DNA of 24,000 nucleotides from Streptococcus mitis (GTDB lineage: Bacteria; Bacillota; Bacilli; Lactobacillales; Streptococcaceae), in the NCBI RefSeq assembly GCF_047465045.1, contig NZ_JASHAR010000001.1, positions 87,758 through 111,757 on the forward strand, in the 5' to 3' direction. Positions 1 to 8,429 of the stretch are shown one piece after another. The position numbers were made by a program, and so were the translations under genes. Numbering within the stretch: position 1 is the stretch's first letter; each line of letters begins with the position of its first letter. Under the pieces are notes generated by a model. The model saw only the letters and a program-made list of their open reading frames with translations, was not told the origin of the DNA and made no database searches.

Positions 1-2
1 CG

Positions 3-227
3 ATGGTTCAAACCTTTGCGATGGCTCTTCTGACGAATCAGTATGATTTTCAACCTAAACAATTGGAAGTGATGCCAACTGAATCAGATGATGTGATTCA
101 ATTTTTGGTTGTTCTAACTAAAAATGGAGAAGAGAACAGCTATTTCGTTGGAAATTTCAATACTACGGTTCAACAAATCCAGCTAAAAGCCTATGTTGGC
201 GGAAATATAGGTGGTACATACGGATAA
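3..227 (+). CDS. C-terminal part of an uncharacterised protein, probably truncated by the window edge
   Basis: Open frame from the window edge to a stop at 227; no confident family recognised. Confidence 0.4.
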   Translation: MVQTFAMALLTNQYDFQPKQLEVMPTESDDVIQFLVVLTKNGEENSYFVGNFNTTVQQIQLKAYVGGNIGGTYG

Positions 228-233
228 TAAGTT

Positions 234-262
234 GCACAAAAAGTTATATAACTTTTTGTGCT
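234..262. promoter_or_regulatory. Palindromic site GCAC-A7-GTTATATAAC-TTTT-GTGC, candidate partition/autoregulation site
   Basis: aaaaGTTATATAACtttt is a perfect 18-bp palindrome (core 245-254) inside a larger imperfect inverted repeat. The core recurs at 313-322 and 3665-3674. Confidence 0.6.
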
Positions 263-269
263 TTTATAT

Positions 270-298
270 TGACAAACAAAGTTGTTTCAGTTATAATT
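270..298 (+). promoter_or_regulatory. Consensus sigma-A promoter for the parA operon: TTGACA-N17-TATAAT
   Basis: TTGACA 270-275 and TATAAT 293-298 with a 17-bp spacer, 52 bp upstream of the parA-like ATG. Confidence 0.85.
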
Positions 299-299
299 A

Positions 300-324
300 A
301 GTATATAAAAAGTTATATAACAAA
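300..324 (+). repeat. 25-bp repeat copy 1 (AAGTATATAAAAAGTTATATAACAA) containing the GTTATATAAC core
   Basis: Identical 25-mer at 3652-3676; two aagt-starting units 11 bp apart. Confidence 0.8.
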
Positions 325-350
325 ATATACAATTATCCAAGGAGGGAATC

Positions 351-1169
351 ATGAAGATTCAGACTACAAACTTAGGAAAAGGTGGCGGTGGTAAGACTAC
401 AGATACCTTTAATGAAGGGGATTGGTTGGCACGTGTTAAGGGGCTTAGAACACTACTAATTGATGGAGCTTGGGAATGTAATTTGACAAGAACATTTGAT
501 GTAAAATGCGAGAAAACTGTCTATGATATATTTACGACTGGAGAGTATGAGATTGTTCCAATATCAGAAAATCTCAGTTTGATTTGTGGTGATGAGCGTT
601 TGACAGATGAGCAGTTAGATCTTGCCAGTCGAAACAACAAGTATCTCCAGTTGTTTATGTGGTTTAGCGAACATTACGAAGAGTTAGAAGCACAATTTGA
701 TGTCATTCTGATTGATACGCACAATGATGAGAGTTTAGTTACAGCAAATTTTATAGCTGTATCAGATATTGTCTTGGCTGTTTCTGATGCCTCTCTTAAT
801 GGTTTTCGTGCCTGGTTATCTTTGAAAAATTTTGTAGATTTCATTAAGAGCGAAGCTATCGAAGTGATTACTAAGAAAAGCTATGTTAAAGCAGAACCTT
901 ATCTTATTGGAAATAAGATCAAGTACGTTGGAAACAATGTAACAGACACTTGTAAACAATTTTTAGAAGTTGTTGAAGAAGATCAGGCTTATCTGGGATC
1001 TATCCAGGAGAAAGAGCTCATGGCCAAGAGTCTTGTGATTAGTCAGAGTGTTTTTGAGCAGCATGAAGAGATGACAGCTAACCAACAAGAGACACATAAA
1101 AAGTTTTATGATAATATAAACTATGTATATGAAAATATTTTGAGTGTGTTAGAAGGAGAGGTAGCATGA
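351..1169 (+). CDS. parA: ParA/Soj-like P-loop ATPase, plasmid/ICE partition type
   Basis: Deviant Walker A KGGGGKTT, Walker B-like FDVILIDTHN, RBS AAGGAGG upstream of ATG 351. The Walker A' region is atypical (LLIDGAWECNLT). Confidence 0.8.
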   Translation: MKIQTTNLGKGGGGKTTDTFNEGDWLARVKGLRTLLIDGAWECNLTRTFDVKCEKTVYDIFTTGEYEIVPISENLSLICGDERLTDEQLDLASRNNKYLQLFMWFSEHYEELEAQFDVILIDTHNDESLVTANFIAVSDIVLAVSDASLNGFRAWLSLKNFVDFIKSEAIEVITKKSYVKAEPYLIGNKIKYVGNNVTDTCKQFLEVVEEDQAYLGSIQEKELMAKSLVISQSVFEQHEEMTANQQETHKKFYDNINYVYENILSVLEGEVA

Positions 1170-1438
1170 CAGAGAATCGATTCGCACAAGTAAAACAAAC
1201 ATTCCAAAGTACACCAAAGAGAGAGAAGACCCCTTCGTCGAGGAAACAAAATCAGGAGGCTAGAAAGTCTCCTGAAAGCTATAACAAAAAGCAAAGATAT
1301 CCATTCTCTTTACATCATAATGTTCGATACGATATGTTAGATGCTTTAGTAGAGTATCACGGTGAAAAATCAGCTTCATCTTATCTCGAGAATCTGATTA
1401 TAAGAGAATGGGAAAAGATGGAGCGAAAGAAAAAATAG
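1166..1438 (+). CDS. Small basic protein with a possible C-terminal ribbon-helix-helix domain; candidate ParB-type partner
   Basis: ATG overlaps the parA stop (4 nt); C-terminus RYPFSLHHNVRYDMLDALVEYHGEKSASSYLENLIIREWEK resembles RHH DNA-binding domains; basic N-terminus. Confidence 0.55.
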   Translation: MTENRFAQVKQTFQSTPKREKTPSSRKQNQEARKSPESYNKKQRYPFSLHHNVRYDMLDALVEYHGEKSASSYLENLIIREWEKMERKKK

Positions 1439-1464
1439 CGTTCCATAAGAAAGGAAATGCAGCA

Positions 1465-1845
1465 ATGAAATACTTATCAAATCTATCAGATATTCCTGAA
1501 TTTTCTTCAGCAGCAATAGATTCAGGACAAATTGTCATCCCTCGTCCAATAATAGACAACCCACAGTTCAATGATTTGAAGAGTAGTGGAATTTTTCTCT
1601 ACATGCTTTTATTAAATCGTTTAAGAGCTGCAGTTGACTTTGAATTAAAAGGATATGATGAAAATGGAAATACTTTTGTATGTTACCCTATAGAGGAGCT
1701 AATGGAGTCTCTTCAATCAGGTAAAAGTAAAGTGATTTCTTTGAAAAAGAAGCTAAAGAATCATGGTTTAATTGAAGAAGTACGCCAAGGATCCAATCTA
1801 CCCAATAGAATTTACCTAACAGATGAGATTTTAAAATATTACTGA
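1465..1845 (+). CDS. RepA_N domain-only replication initiator-like protein (ORF opens at 1408; ATG 1465 has the better Shine-Dalgarno context)
   Basis: Residues ...VIPRPIIDNPQFNDLKSSGIFLYMLLLNRLRAAVDFELKGYDENGNTFVCYPIEELMESLQSGKSKVISLKKKLKNHGLIEEVRQGSNLPNRIYLTDE match the RepA_N (replication initiator protein A) pattern. Confidence 0.7.
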   Translation: MKYLSNLSDIPEFSSAAIDSGQIVIPRPIIDNPQFNDLKSSGIFLYMLLLNRLRAAVDFELKGYDENGNTFVCYPIEELMESLQSGKSKVISLKKKLKNHGLIEEVRQGSNLPNRIYLTDEILKYY

Positions 1846-1862
1846 TGAAGTAGGAGGAATCT

Positions 1863-2192
1863 ATGATGATTTTCATTGATATTAAAAGACTTGTTCAGCT
1901 GTTCTTTATTTTTATCGGAGCTATAGCAATCTATGTGTTCTATAAAACATTTGGGCTTAGTATGGTGTTTATAATTGTTTTAGGATTGGCCGTTTTAAGA
2001 TTCGCTCCAGCTTTCCTTCCAGTTGTATTATTACTGTATTTGGGACTTCACTTTACAGGTGGTTTTTCCTTTATTGCAGATGGAATTGTGACGGTTTTAT
2101 GGAGTATTATTTTGATTCCTATGGGGATAGCTACTATTGAAATGAGCAAATCCTATTTGAGTAAGAAAGAGAAACCCTGGTATGACAAGTAA
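1863..2192 (+). CDS. Small multi-pass membrane protein
   Basis: Several hydrophobic segments (LFFIFIGAIAIYVFY, MVFIIVLGLAVLRFAPAFLPVVLLLYLGL, GIVTVLWSIILIPMGI); ATG 1863 with upstream AGTAGGAGG. Confidence 0.6.
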   Translation: MMIFIDIKRLVQLFFIFIGAIAIYVFYKTFGLSMVFIIVLGLAVLRFAPAFLPVVLLLYLGLHFTGGFSFIADGIVTVLWSIILIPMGIATIEMSKSYLSKKEKPWYDK

Positions 2193-2223
2193 GAGTTTAT
2201 CTGAAAAGATAGGCTCTTTTTTT
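2193..2223 (+). terminator. Intrinsic terminator
   Basis: GAGTTTATCT-GAAA-AGATAGGCTC (10-bp stem with two G-U pairs) followed by a T-run. Confidence 0.75.
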
Positions 2224-2301
2224 GTCAGAACAAAGGATTATTTGAACATTCAGGTCAAAATTTATTAAAATAAGCGTAATTTTAATAAGGGAGGATTCTG
2301 A

Positions 2302-3639
2302 ATGGCTTTCTTTGATGAGAGAGAATTAAAAAATCAATTGCTGTTTCAAAATGCAAAAGAATTTTATAACTTTGTTTCTAGGTATGATGAGGAGATGATT
2401 CCGGTCATGAAAGCAAAGGGATATACCTGTATTCATTCAATGGAGCGAACCGTCGCTTTTACATTTGGAGAGTTTACTTTCAGAAGAAGACGTTGGAAAA
2501 AGGGAGATCATTGGGTCATTCCAGTAGATGAAAAGTTAGGGCTCCAGAAGAACGTCCGCTTCTCCTGGGAATTTATGTATCAGGTGGCCAAATTATCTAC
2601 TTTGATGCCATATGATAAAGTAACTCAGGTGATCCAATTGACTTATCACATCTCTATCACAAAGCCAATTGTGGTAAAAGCTGTAAAAATCTGTGAGAAG
2701 TTATTGGAGGAAAGAGAAGGCTATCGATATTATGAAGAGAATAGAGAGGTTAGCAAAAGAAAAGCCCAGGTTATTTATATTGAGGGTGATGGTGTGATGG
2801 TTAAAGCACGTGACACACAAAAGGATAATAAACATTATGATTTATCCCATTTTGTAGTTCATACAGGAAGCCAGAAAGTTGGCAGCAATCGATTTGAACT
2901 CCAGGACAAAAAAGAATTTATTGGCCTTGACAACCGATTAGTGAGGGAGCAGGTGATCGATTATCTATTCAATAATTATGAAGTTACGGATAGGACTTTA
3001 TTGATTACGAACTCTGATGGAGGTCATGGATATACACCCTATGTTTTCAAAGAGATTGCGAAGGTTTTGCGAATTAAACGCCACGAACATTTCTGGGATG
3101 AGTACCATGTAAATAAAGAGTTAAAGAATTATCTAAAATTTTACTCTGAAGATCTATTAGAGAGAGCTTTCCAGGCGATTAAGCAACATGATAAGCAGTT
3201 AATGAGAACTGTCCTAGATACGACCGAAAGTTATATCGAGACAGAAGAAGAACAAGAGTTATTTGAGAAGTTCAAGAGTAAAATATTGAGAAATTTCCAA
3301 TATACTAAACCAGCCGAACAAAGGGGATTCAGTCATGCAGGAATCGGGATAATGGAGAGTCAGCATCGTAAGGTCACTTATAGAATGAAAAAAAGAGGAA
3401 TGTACTGGACTCTTGCTGGAGCTGAAACGATGAGTCGGATAATTGTTTTGAATTATGAGGATTCCTTGAGGGAACTATTCTTTGGCAACTGGAGAGAGGA
3501 CTATGAAAAATTTATTTCTTTAGAGGAAGTTTCTGCTTATACCATTAAAAAAAGAATGAGTAAAACGGAAAAAGAAAATACATCTAGATATCAATGTTAC
3601 CCTGATAGTAAAAGATTATCTTACTTCCGAAAACAATAG
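2302..3639 (+). CDS. ISLre2/UPF0236-family DDE transposase, likely the TnGBS-type ICE transposase
   Basis: 445-aa intact ORF with family-typical MERTVAFTFGEFTFRRRRW, VIYIEGDGVMV, LLITNSDGGHGYTP, GIGIMESQHRKVTYRMKKRGMYWT. Confidence 0.8.
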   Translation: MAFFDERELKNQLLFQNAKEFYNFVSRYDEEMIPVMKAKGYTCIHSMERTVAFTFGEFTFRRRRWKKGDHWVIPVDEKLGLQKNVRFSWEFMYQVAKLSTLMPYDKVTQVIQLTYHISITKPIVVKAVKICEKLLEEREGYRYYEENREVSKRKAQVIYIEGDGVMVKARDTQKDNKHYDLSHFVVHTGSQKVGSNRFELQDKKEFIGLDNRLVREQVIDYLFNNYEVTDRTLLITNSDGGHGYTPYVFKEIAKVLRIKRHEHFWDEYHVNKELKNYLKFYSEDLLERAFQAIKQHDKQLMRTVLDTTESYIETEEEQELFEKFKSKILRNFQYTKPAEQRGFSHAGIGIMESQHRKVTYRMKKRGMYWTLAGAETMSRIIVLNYEDSLRELFFGNWREDYEKFISLEEVSAYTIKKRMSKTEKENTSRYQCYPDSKRLSYFRKQ

Positions 3640-3651
3640 AAGTACATAACA

Positions 3652-3676
3652 AAGTATATAAAAAGTTATATAACAA
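3652..3676 (+). repeat. 25-bp repeat copy 2 (identical to 300-324), third occurrence of the GTTATATAAC core
   Basis: Direct comparison. It is preceded by AAGTACATAAC at 3640, giving aagt units at 3640, 3652 and 3663 (12- and 11-bp steps). Confidence 0.8.
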
Positions 3677-3726
3677 TAACCTTTGTAAAAGAAGGTCTTT
3701 TTGTGCTACAATTAAACATAAAATGC

Positions 3727-3755
3727 TTGCACGGTATGTAAAAATGTGTTATAAT
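3727..3755 (+). promoter_or_regulatory. Strong promoter TTGCAC-N17-TATAAT driving an unannotated RNA
   Basis: TTGCAC 3727-3732, TATAAT 3750-3755, 17-bp spacer. Confidence 0.7.
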
Positions 3756-3761
3756 TTACTT

Positions 3762-3912
3762 AAATTAATCGAATAAAAAAAGACGAAAAGTGCGCTAACA
3801 CTTCTCGCCTTACCGAGTAAGAACTCGTCCTTCTTACTCAGTCTTTAATTAATGATACCTGATAAGTGTATCAATGTCAAGACTGAGCAAGAAATTTGTT
3901 CAGTCTTTTTTT
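3762..3912 (+). ncRNA. Putative ~150-nt structured RNA / terminated leader upstream of rnc
   Basis: Promoter at 3727-3755, hairpins, no convincing ORF, and a strong intrinsic terminator; segments form mutually exclusive stems. Confidence 0.55.
3879..3912 (+). terminator. Intrinsic terminator of the putative RNA
   Basis: AAGACTGAGCAA-gaaat-TTGTTCAGTCTT (12-bp stem, one G-U) followed by T-run 3906-3912. Confidence 0.8.
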
Positions 3913-3980
3913 AAAACTCGGTGATGTTCTCCTAAAAATTGTATGAATTTAGGCGTTCTAAAAAATTCTACCGCATACCT

Positions 3981-4015
3981 AGTCCCGTTTTAGAGTGACT
4001 CAGGGGGCTTTTTTT
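3981..4015 (+). terminator. Second possible intrinsic terminator before rnc
   Basis: AGTCCC (3981-3986) pairs with GGGGCT (4004-4009, one G-U) followed by a T-run. Confidence 0.4.
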
Positions 4016-4023
4016 GATATAAT
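3995..4023 (+). promoter_or_regulatory. Candidate rnc promoter GTGACT-N17-(TGA)TATAAT
   Basis: Extended -10 TGATATAAT ending at 4023, 34 bp before the rnc ATG; weak -35. Confidence 0.5.
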
Positions 4024-4057
4024 AAAAAGGACTGTTATCAGTTAGAAAGAGGTTGGT

Positions 4058-4756
4058 ATGAAAGAATTACAAACTGTACTAAAGAACCATTTTGCAATCG
4101 AATTTGCAGACAAAAATTTACTGGAGACTGCCTTTACTCATACGAGTTATGCCAATGAGCACCGCCTCTTAAAAATTTCACACAATGAACGCTTGGAATT
4201 TTTAGGAGACGCTGTTCTACAGTTATTGATTTCAGAATATCTGTATAAAAAATATCCTAAAAAGCCTGAGGGTGACTTGTCTAAACTCCGTGCCATGATT
4301 GTCCGCGAGGAAAGTTTGGCTGGTTTTGCGCGTGATTGCCAGTTTGATCAGTTTATCAAACTTGGTAAAGGGGAAGAAAAGTCTGGTGGACGCAATCGTG
4401 ATACCATTCTTGGTGATGCCTTTGAAGCCTTTCTTGGTGCCCTTCTTTTGGACAAGGATGTGGCCAAGGTCAAGGAATTTATCTATCAAGTCATGATTCC
4501 TAAGGTTGAAGCAGGCGAATTTGAGATGATTACAGACTACAAAACCCATCTCCAAGAGTTACTTCAGGTCAATGGCGATGTGGCTATTCGTTATCAGGTG
4601 ATTTCTGAAACGGGTCCTGCCCACGATAAGGTCTTTGATGTAGAAGTTCTTGTCGAAGGTAAGAGCATTGGTCAAGGTCAAGGTCGTTCTAAGAAACTAG
4701 CAGAGCAGGAAGCTGCCAAAAATGCCGTTGAGAAAGGGCTGGATTCATGTATTTAA
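4058..4756 (+). CDS. rnc: Ribonuclease III
   Basis: [21 protein letters not shown] signature and C-terminal dsRBD ([22 protein letters not shown]). Confidence 0.97.
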
Positions 4757-7700
4757 AGGAAATCGAAATTCAGGGATTCAAGTCTTTTGCTGATAAGACC
4801 AAGGTCGTCTTTGACCAAGGTGTGACGGCAGTTGTTGGACCCAATGGATCTGGAAAGTCGAATATTACAGAAAGTCTGCGTTGGGCTTTGGGGGAGTCTA
4901 GTGTCAAGAGTCTCCGTGGGGGCAAGATGCCGGATGTCATCTTTGCTGGAACTGAAAGTCGCAAACCGCTCAATTATGCTTCTGTAGTTGTGACTCTGGA
5001 TAATCATGACGGATTTATCAAGGATGCAGGTCAAGAAATCAGGGTAGAACGTCATATCTACCGTAGTGGAGATAGCGAATACAAGATTGACGGCAAGAAA
5101 GTCCGTCTGCGTGATATTCATGATCTTTTCTTGGATACAGGTTTGGGACGAGATTCCTTCTCTATCATTTCCCAAGGGAAGGTTGAGGAGATTTTTAATT
5201 CCAAGCCTGAGGAACGCCGAGCTATTTTTGAAGAAGCTGCTGGAGTTTTGAAATACAAGACTCGTAGAAAAGAGACTGAGAGCAAATTGCAACAAACTCA
5301 GGATAATCTGGATCGTCTTGAAGACATTATCTACGAGTTGGATAATCAAATCAAACCTCTTGAGAAGCAAGCTGAGAATGCCCGTAAGTTTTTAGACTTG
5401 GAAGGTCAACGCAAGGCTATTTATTTAGATGTGCTGGTTGCTCAAATCAAGGAAAATAAGGCTGAACTAGACTCGACAGAAGAAGAGTTGACTCAGGTTC
5501 AGGAACTCTTGACGAGCTACTACCAAAAGCGTGAAAAATTAGAAGAAGAAAATCAAGCTCTTAAAAAGCAACGCCAAGATTTACAGGCTGAAATGTCCAA
5601 AGACCAAGGCAGTTTGATGGATTTGACCAGTCTGATTAGTGATTTAGAGAGAAAATTAGCCCTATCGAAACTGGAATCTGAGCAAGTAGCCCTGAATCAA
5701 CAGGAAGCACAAGCTCGTTTGGCTGCTTTGGAGGATAAGAGAAATTCACTCAGCAAAGAAAAATCTGATAAGGAAAGCTCTTTAGCCCTCTTAGAGGAAA
5801 ATCTAATCAAAAATAATCAAAAACTCAATCGTTTAGAAGCTGAATTACTGGCTTTTTCAGATGATCCTGATCAGATGATTGAGCTCTTGCGTGAACGCTT
5901 TGTGGCGCTTTTACAGGAAGAAGCGGATGTCTCAAACCAACTGACTCGTATTGAGAATGAGCTGGAAAATAGTCGTCAGATTTCTCAAAAACAAGCAGAT
6001 CAACTAGAAAAGCTGAAAGAACAGCTGGCTACAGCTAAAGAAAAGGCAAGTCAGCAAAGGAATGAGCTTGAAACTGCCAAGGAGCAGGTTCAGAAATTAT
6101 TGGCTGACTATCAAGTCTGTGCCAAGGAGCAAGAGGAGCAGAAAACTTCCTATCAAGCTCAACAGAGTCAACTCTTTGATCGTCTGGATAATCTCAAAAA
6201 CAAACAGGCTAGAGCCCAAAGTTTGGAAAATATCCTTAGAAATCACAGTAACTTTTATGCAGGTGTTAAGAGTGTTCTCCAAGAAAAAGATCGCCTTGGT
6301 GGGATTATTGGTGCAGTCAGTGAGCACCTGACTTTTGATGTGCATTATCAAACTGCCCTAGAGATTGCGCTTGGAGCTAGTAGTCAGCATATCATCGTAG
6401 AAGATGAAGAGTCGGCAACCAAGGCGATTGATTTCCTCAAACGAAATAGAGCTGGTCGTGCAACCTTCCTTCCTTTAACGACTATCAAGGCGCGTACGAT
6501 TTCTAGTCAGAATCAAGATGCTATTGCTGCAAGTCCAGGATTTCTGGGTATGGCAGATGAGCTGGTTACTTTCGATACTAGACTGGAAGCTATTTTCAAG
6601 AACTTGCTAGCTACGACGGCTATTTTTGACACCGTGGAGTATGCGCGTGAAGCTGCTCGACAAGTTCGTTATCAGGTTCGCATGGTGACATTGGATGGGA
6701 CAGAGCTGCGTACAGGTGGTTCCTATGCAGGTGGAGCCAATCGTCAGAATAATAGCATTTTCATCAAGCCAGAACTGGAACAATTACAAAAAGAAATTGC
6801 TGAAGAAGAAGCAAGCTTGCGTACAGATGAAGCGAGTTTGAAGAACTTGCAAGATGAGATGGTTTCATTGACAGAAAAGTTAGAAGCCATCAAATCTCAG
6901 GGAGAGCAAGCTCGTATCCAGGAGCAGGGCTTGTCCCTCGCTTATCAGCAGACCAGTCAGCAAGTTGAAGAACTGGAAACTCTTTGGAAACTCCAAGAAG
7001 AGGAATTAAATCGTCTTTCTGAGGGTGATTGGCAAGAGGATAAGGAAAAATGCCAAGAGCGCCTTACTACTATCGCCAGTGACAAGCAAAATCTGGAAGC
7101 TGAGATTGAAGAGATTAAGTCTAATAAAAACGCCATCCAAGAACGCTATCAAAACTTGCAGGAAGAGGTAGCACAAGCTCGCTTGCGTAAGACTGAACTG
7201 CAAGGACAAAAACGTTATGAAGTAGCTGATATTGAGCGTTTAGGCAAGGAATTGGACAATCTTGATCTTGAGCAAGAGGAAATCCAGCGCCTTCTTCAAG
7301 AAAAGGTTGATAATCTGGAGAAGGTTGATACAGAATTGCTCGGTCAACAGGCGGAAGAGGCCAAAACTCAGAAAATGAACCTCCAACAAGGTTTGATTCG
7401 CAAGCAGTTTGAGTTGGATGATATTGAGGGTCAGCTGGATGATATTGCCAGTCATTTGGACCAAGCTCGCCAGCAGAATGAAGAGTGGATTCGCAAGCAA
7501 ACTCGTGCTGAAGCCAAGAAAGAAAAGGTCAGCGAGCGCTTGCGCCATCTACAAAGTCAATTAACAGACCAGTACCAGATTAGCTATACTGAAGCTCTAG
7601 AAAAGGCGCATGAATTGGAAAATCTCAATCTGGCAGAGCAAGAGGTTAAGGATTTGGAGAAAGCTATTCGCTCACTGGGTCCTGTCAATTTAGACGCTAT

Positions 7701-8286
7701 TGACCAGTACGAAGAAGTTCACAATCGTCTGGATTTCCTAAATAGCCAACGAGATGATATTTTGTCAGCGAAAAATCTGCTCCTTGAAACCATTACAGAA
7801 ATGAACGATGAAGTCAAGGAACGATTTAAATCAACCTTTGAAGCTATTCGTGAGTCCTTTAAAGTGACCTTTAAGCAGATGTTTGGTGGAGGTCAGGCTG
7901 ACTTGATTTTGACTGAAGGAGACCTGCTGACAGCTGGGGTTGAGATTTCTGTCCAACCACCAGGCAAGAAAATCCAGTCTCTCAACCTTATGAGTGGTGG
8001 GGAAAAAGCCCTATCGGCTCTTGCTTTGCTTTTCTCCATTATTCGTGTCAAGACCATTCCATTTGTTATCTTGGATGAGGTAGAGGCTGCGCTAGACGAA
8101 GCCAATGTTAAACGTTTTGGAGATTATCTCAACCGCTTTGATAAGGACAGTCAATTTATTGTCGTAACCCACCGTAAGGGAACCATGGCAGCGGCTGATT
8201 CCATCTATGGAGTGACCATGCAGGAATCAGGTGTTTCGAAGATTGTTTCGGTTAAGTTAAAAGATTTGGAAGAAACAGTAGACTAG
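4747..8286 (+). CDS. smc: Chromosome segregation ATPase SMC
   Basis: N-terminal Walker [10 protein letters not shown], long coiled coils, hinge [12 protein letters not shown]-terminal [17 protein letters not shown] and [14 protein letters not shown]; overlaps rnc by 10 nt. Confidence 0.98.
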
Positions 8287-8296
8287 TTACCAAACG

Positions 8297-8325
8297 ATAG
8301 CATCTCTTAGGGGATGCTATTTTTT
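8297..8325 (+). terminator. Intrinsic terminator after smc
   Basis: ATAGCATC ... GATGCTAT perfect 8-bp stem followed by T-run. Confidence 0.8.
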
Positions 8326-8429
8326 AAAACTAACATCTTGAATGATTTTTTAAGGTCAGTTCAGGGGCAAAAAATGACATTTGGGATTTCCTTTTAGCGA
8401 AAAGGCTTTCTCTATGATATAATAGTTTC

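Larger units (their letters stand above)
2302..3711 (+). mobile_element. Right-terminal module of a probable TnGBS-like integrative element (transposase to estimated boundary ~3709-3711); the element continues leftward out of the window
   Basis: RepA_N, ParA and RHH-like genes followed by an ISLre2-type transposase at the element edge, with the edge ~15-17 bp upstream of a -35 box at 3727. Boundary is inferred, not proven. Confidence 0.5.

Noticed and set aside
300-3676. The 25-bp repeats interpreted as target-site duplications of a simple IS insertion
   Set aside because: They are too long, enclose the whole par/rep/transposase block, do not abut the transposase ends, and contain a palindrome shared with a third site at 245-254. 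A regulatory or iteron role fits better.
3853-3914. Possible short peptide MIPDKCINVKTEQEICSVFF within the attenuator-like RNA
   Set aside because: No Shine-Dalgarno sequence, it reads through the terminator stem, and it lacks an Fst-like toxin or regulatory codon-run signature.
3987-3995. GTTTTAGAG, identical to the first bases of type II-A streptococcal CRISPR repeats
   Set aside because: Only nine bases match, there is no repeated unit, spacer or cas gene nearby, and the sequence sits in the loop of a plausible terminator.
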